A stretch of DNA of 37,936 bases, taken from a virus (taxonomy: Duplodnaviria > Caudoviricetes). A program made the position numbers and the translations under genes. This document shows, piece after piece, positions 35,720 through 37,936 of the stretch (the stretch's first letter is position 1; every line of letters starts with the position of its first letter). The stretch spans positions 1 to 37,936 of the IMG/VR virus record IMGVR_UViG_3300037479_000242. One strand, given 5' to 3'. The notes under the pieces were generated by a model. It made no database searches and was not told the origin of the DNA. It worked only from the letters and a program-made list of their open reading frames with translations.

Positions 35720-35971
35720 GATTTAGCATCTCCCATCAAAATACACCGGGCTCGCCCCGCGCCATATCGAGACCGGCGCACCACGTTTGGACCTGCATCC
35801 GGTGCTGTGTGCTCGCCGCTCCGCTCGGCGGAAGGGGCACGGGCACGCCGGTTCTCGGCGTGCCCGCTACGCCGCGCCCGAGGAGGGTTTTGCTCGCCAA
35901 CCAATGCGCGGCGGTCTTCGAGTTTCAACGTGGCGAGCATGATCCTGCGCCTACCACAACGAAGCGGCGTC

Positions 35972-36015
35972 TGTCAAGAACTTTCTTGACACATGCACAC
36001 CAGTAAGTATATATG
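35972..36015 (+). promoter_or_regulatory. palindromic back-to-back -35 elements with rightward promoter
   Basis: TGTCAAGA-ACTT-TCTTGACA (35972-35991), followed by an AT-rich TATATATG -10 region. Confidence 0.65.
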
Positions 36016-36021
36016 ATACGC

Positions 36022-36213
36022 ATGGAGATTCTCACGATCCAAGAAGTCGCGGCGCGGGGAGGGCACGCTCGCGCCGCCCGCATGACTGCTGAGGAGCGCT
36101 CCGCAAGCGCTTCTCACGCAGCCAAGGCCCGGTGGGCTCGCTACGTAGCACCGTCGAAGCCCCCGAAAGGGCCAAAACGCCGTCCAGGCCGCCCGCGTAA
36201 ACCGGCGATCTAG
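36022..36213 (+). CDS. small basic nucleic-acid-binding-like protein (GGxARA...ARW family) with AT-hook-like tail
   Basis: RGGHARAARMTAEERSASASHAAKARW and RRPGRPRK; start at 36022 or 36013. Confidence 0.75.
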   Translation: MEILTIQEVAARGGHARAARMTAEERSASASHAAKARWARYVAPSKPPKGPKRRPGRPRKPAI

Positions 36214-36253
36214 CAGGCATTTTGCACTATTTGCGGTTCGGTGCAGAAAAGTC

Positions 36254-36284
36254 TTGACATGCGTACTAGCGCGGAGTATGTAAT
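36254..36284 (+). promoter_or_regulatory. sigma70-type promoter, paralogous to 31574-31602
   Basis: TTGACATGCGTACTAGCGCGGAGTATGTAAT versus TTGACATGCGTGCCGGCGCGTAGTATATT. Confidence 0.7.
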
Positions 36285-36288
36285 GTGC

Positions 36289-37936
36289 ATGGATGCAATG
36301 GAGGCGGTCACCCGCGCGGTTCTTTTCCTCGCCAACCGATGCGACGGGGCGCGGACCGAGGATGGGTACGGATACAACAAGTACGACGCGCCGTGGGGAC
36401 GCGCCGCCGCCGAGAAAATCCAGGCGGGGCATGCGGTCGACCCCGTCTACGCGCTGAAAGTCTGCACGAAATATCGCGGGCAGCTTGCGCGCGGCGGGAT
36501 TGAGCTCCCGTCCCTGGAGACGGTGCAGCTCGAGGTAGCCGAGAGGCGCGCGGCTGAAAAAGCGGCGAACCCCGACGCGCGTGGCGTCGAGGTCAGCCGC
36601 GTTGGCGATACCATCCGCGTCCGGTTCCCCTACGACGCGGCTAAGGTCGAGATCGCACGCGGCCTGCCCGGCCGGCGATGGGACGGTGCGGCAAAGGCGT
36701 GGTGCGTGCCGGTGTCGTCGCTTGATGCCGTGTTTGCCGCGTTCCCCGGCGCAAAGCCCACCGCCGAACTCGCCGCAGAGATCCAGGCGAAGCGCGACGC
36801 TGAAACGGCTGCAGAGCGTGCCCGCTGTGCGCAGATTGCGGCCGACCTCGCAGCATACGAGGCCACAAAGCCGGCCGGCCTGTACGAGCACCAGGACGCC
36901 GGTATTCGCTGGCTCATCGAGACGCGGCGCGCGATTCTCGCCGACGACATGGGCCTCGGCAAGACCCGGCAGGCTCTCGCCGCCGCGAAGGTGCTCGGAT
37001 ACAAGATCATTGTAGTCGCGCCAGCCGGGCTGCGGATCAACTGGCTTCGTGAGGCGGAGGCGGTCGATACTCAGATAGAAATTTTTTCCTGGGCGAAGGT
37101 GCCCGACGCTCCCGACTGCGATTTCACATTGATTGCGGATGAGGCTCATTACGCGCAGAGCCTCAAGGCAGCGCGCACGAAACGGATTCTCGCGCTCGCC
37201 AAGTCCGCGAAGGCAGTCTATTTGCTCACCGGCACACCGATCAAAAACGGCCGGCCCGCGAACCTGTTCCCCCTGCTGGTTGCCGTTGGACATCGACTCG
37301 CGAAGGACCGCCGGCACTTCGACCTCCACTTCTGCGCTGCGCATGCAACGCGGTGGACACAGTGGGACGTAACCGGAGCGGCTCATCTGGATGAGTTGCA
37401 TCGGGAACTGACCGACGTCGTGCTCCGCCGCATGACGGACGAGGTGCTTGATTTGCCCGAGTTGACCCGCGTGATCGAGAAGGCCGAATTGTCCGACGAA
37501 GCGCAGGCATTGTACAATACGAAATTGCACGAGATGCAGGCTGAGTATCGCCGTCGTAAGGTTGCGGGTGAAATAAAAGACCGTGGGGACGCGATCGTTC
37601 TACTCAACCAGCTCCGTCACGCCGGTTCGCTGGCAAAGGTCGAGTACGCGGTAGAGAAGGCAGAGGAAGTCATTGAGCAGGGTGGGCAAGTGGTGCTGTT
37701 CACTGCGTTCCTGGATTCCGCAGCGCGTATCGCTGAGGCTCTGAATGCTGGACGCATTACGGGCGAAGAGAACGCAGAGCAGCGACAAGTGGCGATTGAC
37801 GCTTTCCAGGCCGGTAAGATTCGCGCAATGGTCTGCACGCTCGGAGCCGGAAACGTCGGTATCACGCTGACGGCGGGTCGGTGCGTCATCCTGGTTGACA
37901 GACCATGGACGCCGGGCGATGCGATTCAGGCAGAGA
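36289..37936 (+). CDS. SNF2-family helicase with HARP-like domain (3' truncated by the window)
   Basis: Not in the ORF track because it has no stop. Motifs CDGARTEDGYGYNKYD, FPYD...RRWDGAAKAWCVP, ILADDMGLGKT, IADEAHY, LTGTPIKNGRP, GITLT...WTPGDAIQAE. Confidence 0.92.
   Translation, partial: MDAMEAVTRAVLFLANRCDGARTEDGYGYNKYDAPWGRAAAEKIQAGHAVDPVYALKVCTKYRGQLARGGIELPSLETVQLEVAERRAAEKAANPDARGVEVSRVGDTIRVRFPYDAAKVEIARGLPGRRWDGAAKAWCVPVSSLDAVFAAFPGAKPTAELAAEIQAKRDAETAAERARCAQIAADLAAYEATKPAGLYEHQDAGIRWLIETRRAILADDMGLGKTRQALAAAKVLGYKIIVVAPAGLRINWLREAEAVDTQIEIFSWAKVPDAPDCDFTLIADEAHYAQSLKAARTKRILALAKSAKAVYLLTGTPIKNGRPANLFPLLVAVGHRLAKDRRHFDLHFCAAHATRWTQWDVTGAAHLDELHRELTDVVLRRMTDEVLDLPELTRVIEKAELSDEAQALYNTKLHEMQAEYRRRKVAGEIKDRGDAIVLLNQLRHAGSLAKVEYAVEKAEEVIEQGGQVVLFTAFLDSAARIAEALNAGRITGEENAEQRQVAIDAFQAGKIRAMVCTLGAGNVGITLTAGRCVILVDRPWTPGDAIQAE

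Noticed and set aside
35641-35940. 99-aa ORF upstream of the initiator
   Set aside because: No SD, Arg/Ala-rich composition and a 79-nt overlap with the initiator; too weak to call.
35974-37530. 518-aa minus-strand ORF
   Set aside because: It is the antisense shadow of the SNF2 helicase and has no motifs.

Overview
This window is about 38 kb of a tailed dsDNA phage or prophage (Caudoviricetes; siphovirus-like because there is a tube and a tape measure but no sheath). Most genes are on the minus strand. From right to left they encode a replication initiator with internal iterons, terS and terL, three extra beta-rich genes, portal, minor head protein, ParB-N, an ABC-ATPase/GNAT fusion, an XkdF-like protease, scaffold, cement protein, major capsid, adaptor and neck proteins, tail tube, tail chaperones with a -1 frameshift, tape measure, Dit-like protein, a LamG-containing hub, and a fibre-like protein. 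Three plus-strand blocks break this order: HNH/DUF5131/ASCH at 19.7-21.9 kb, a frameshifted DHH/NrN-like phosphoesterase at 31.6-32.9 kb, and a small basic protein plus a SNF2 helicase at 36-38 kb. The most unusual signals are these. (1) At least four genes in virion-structural positions carry Sec-type signal peptides and even numbers of cysteines, suggesting virion parts that are exported and disulfide-bonded. (2) A repeated unit (12-bp-periodic TGAGACA array, sigma70 promoter, leaderless ATG, identical 27-bp element) brackets the packaging module. (3) Direct repeats flank individual accessory cassettes, including an apparently captured GC-rich cellular gene fragment. (4) The phage carries a DHH/NrN-like enzyme that could be anti-defence. 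No tRNA, rRNA, CRISPR array, integrase or endolysin was seen. All family assignments come from reading motifs by eye, not from database searches.
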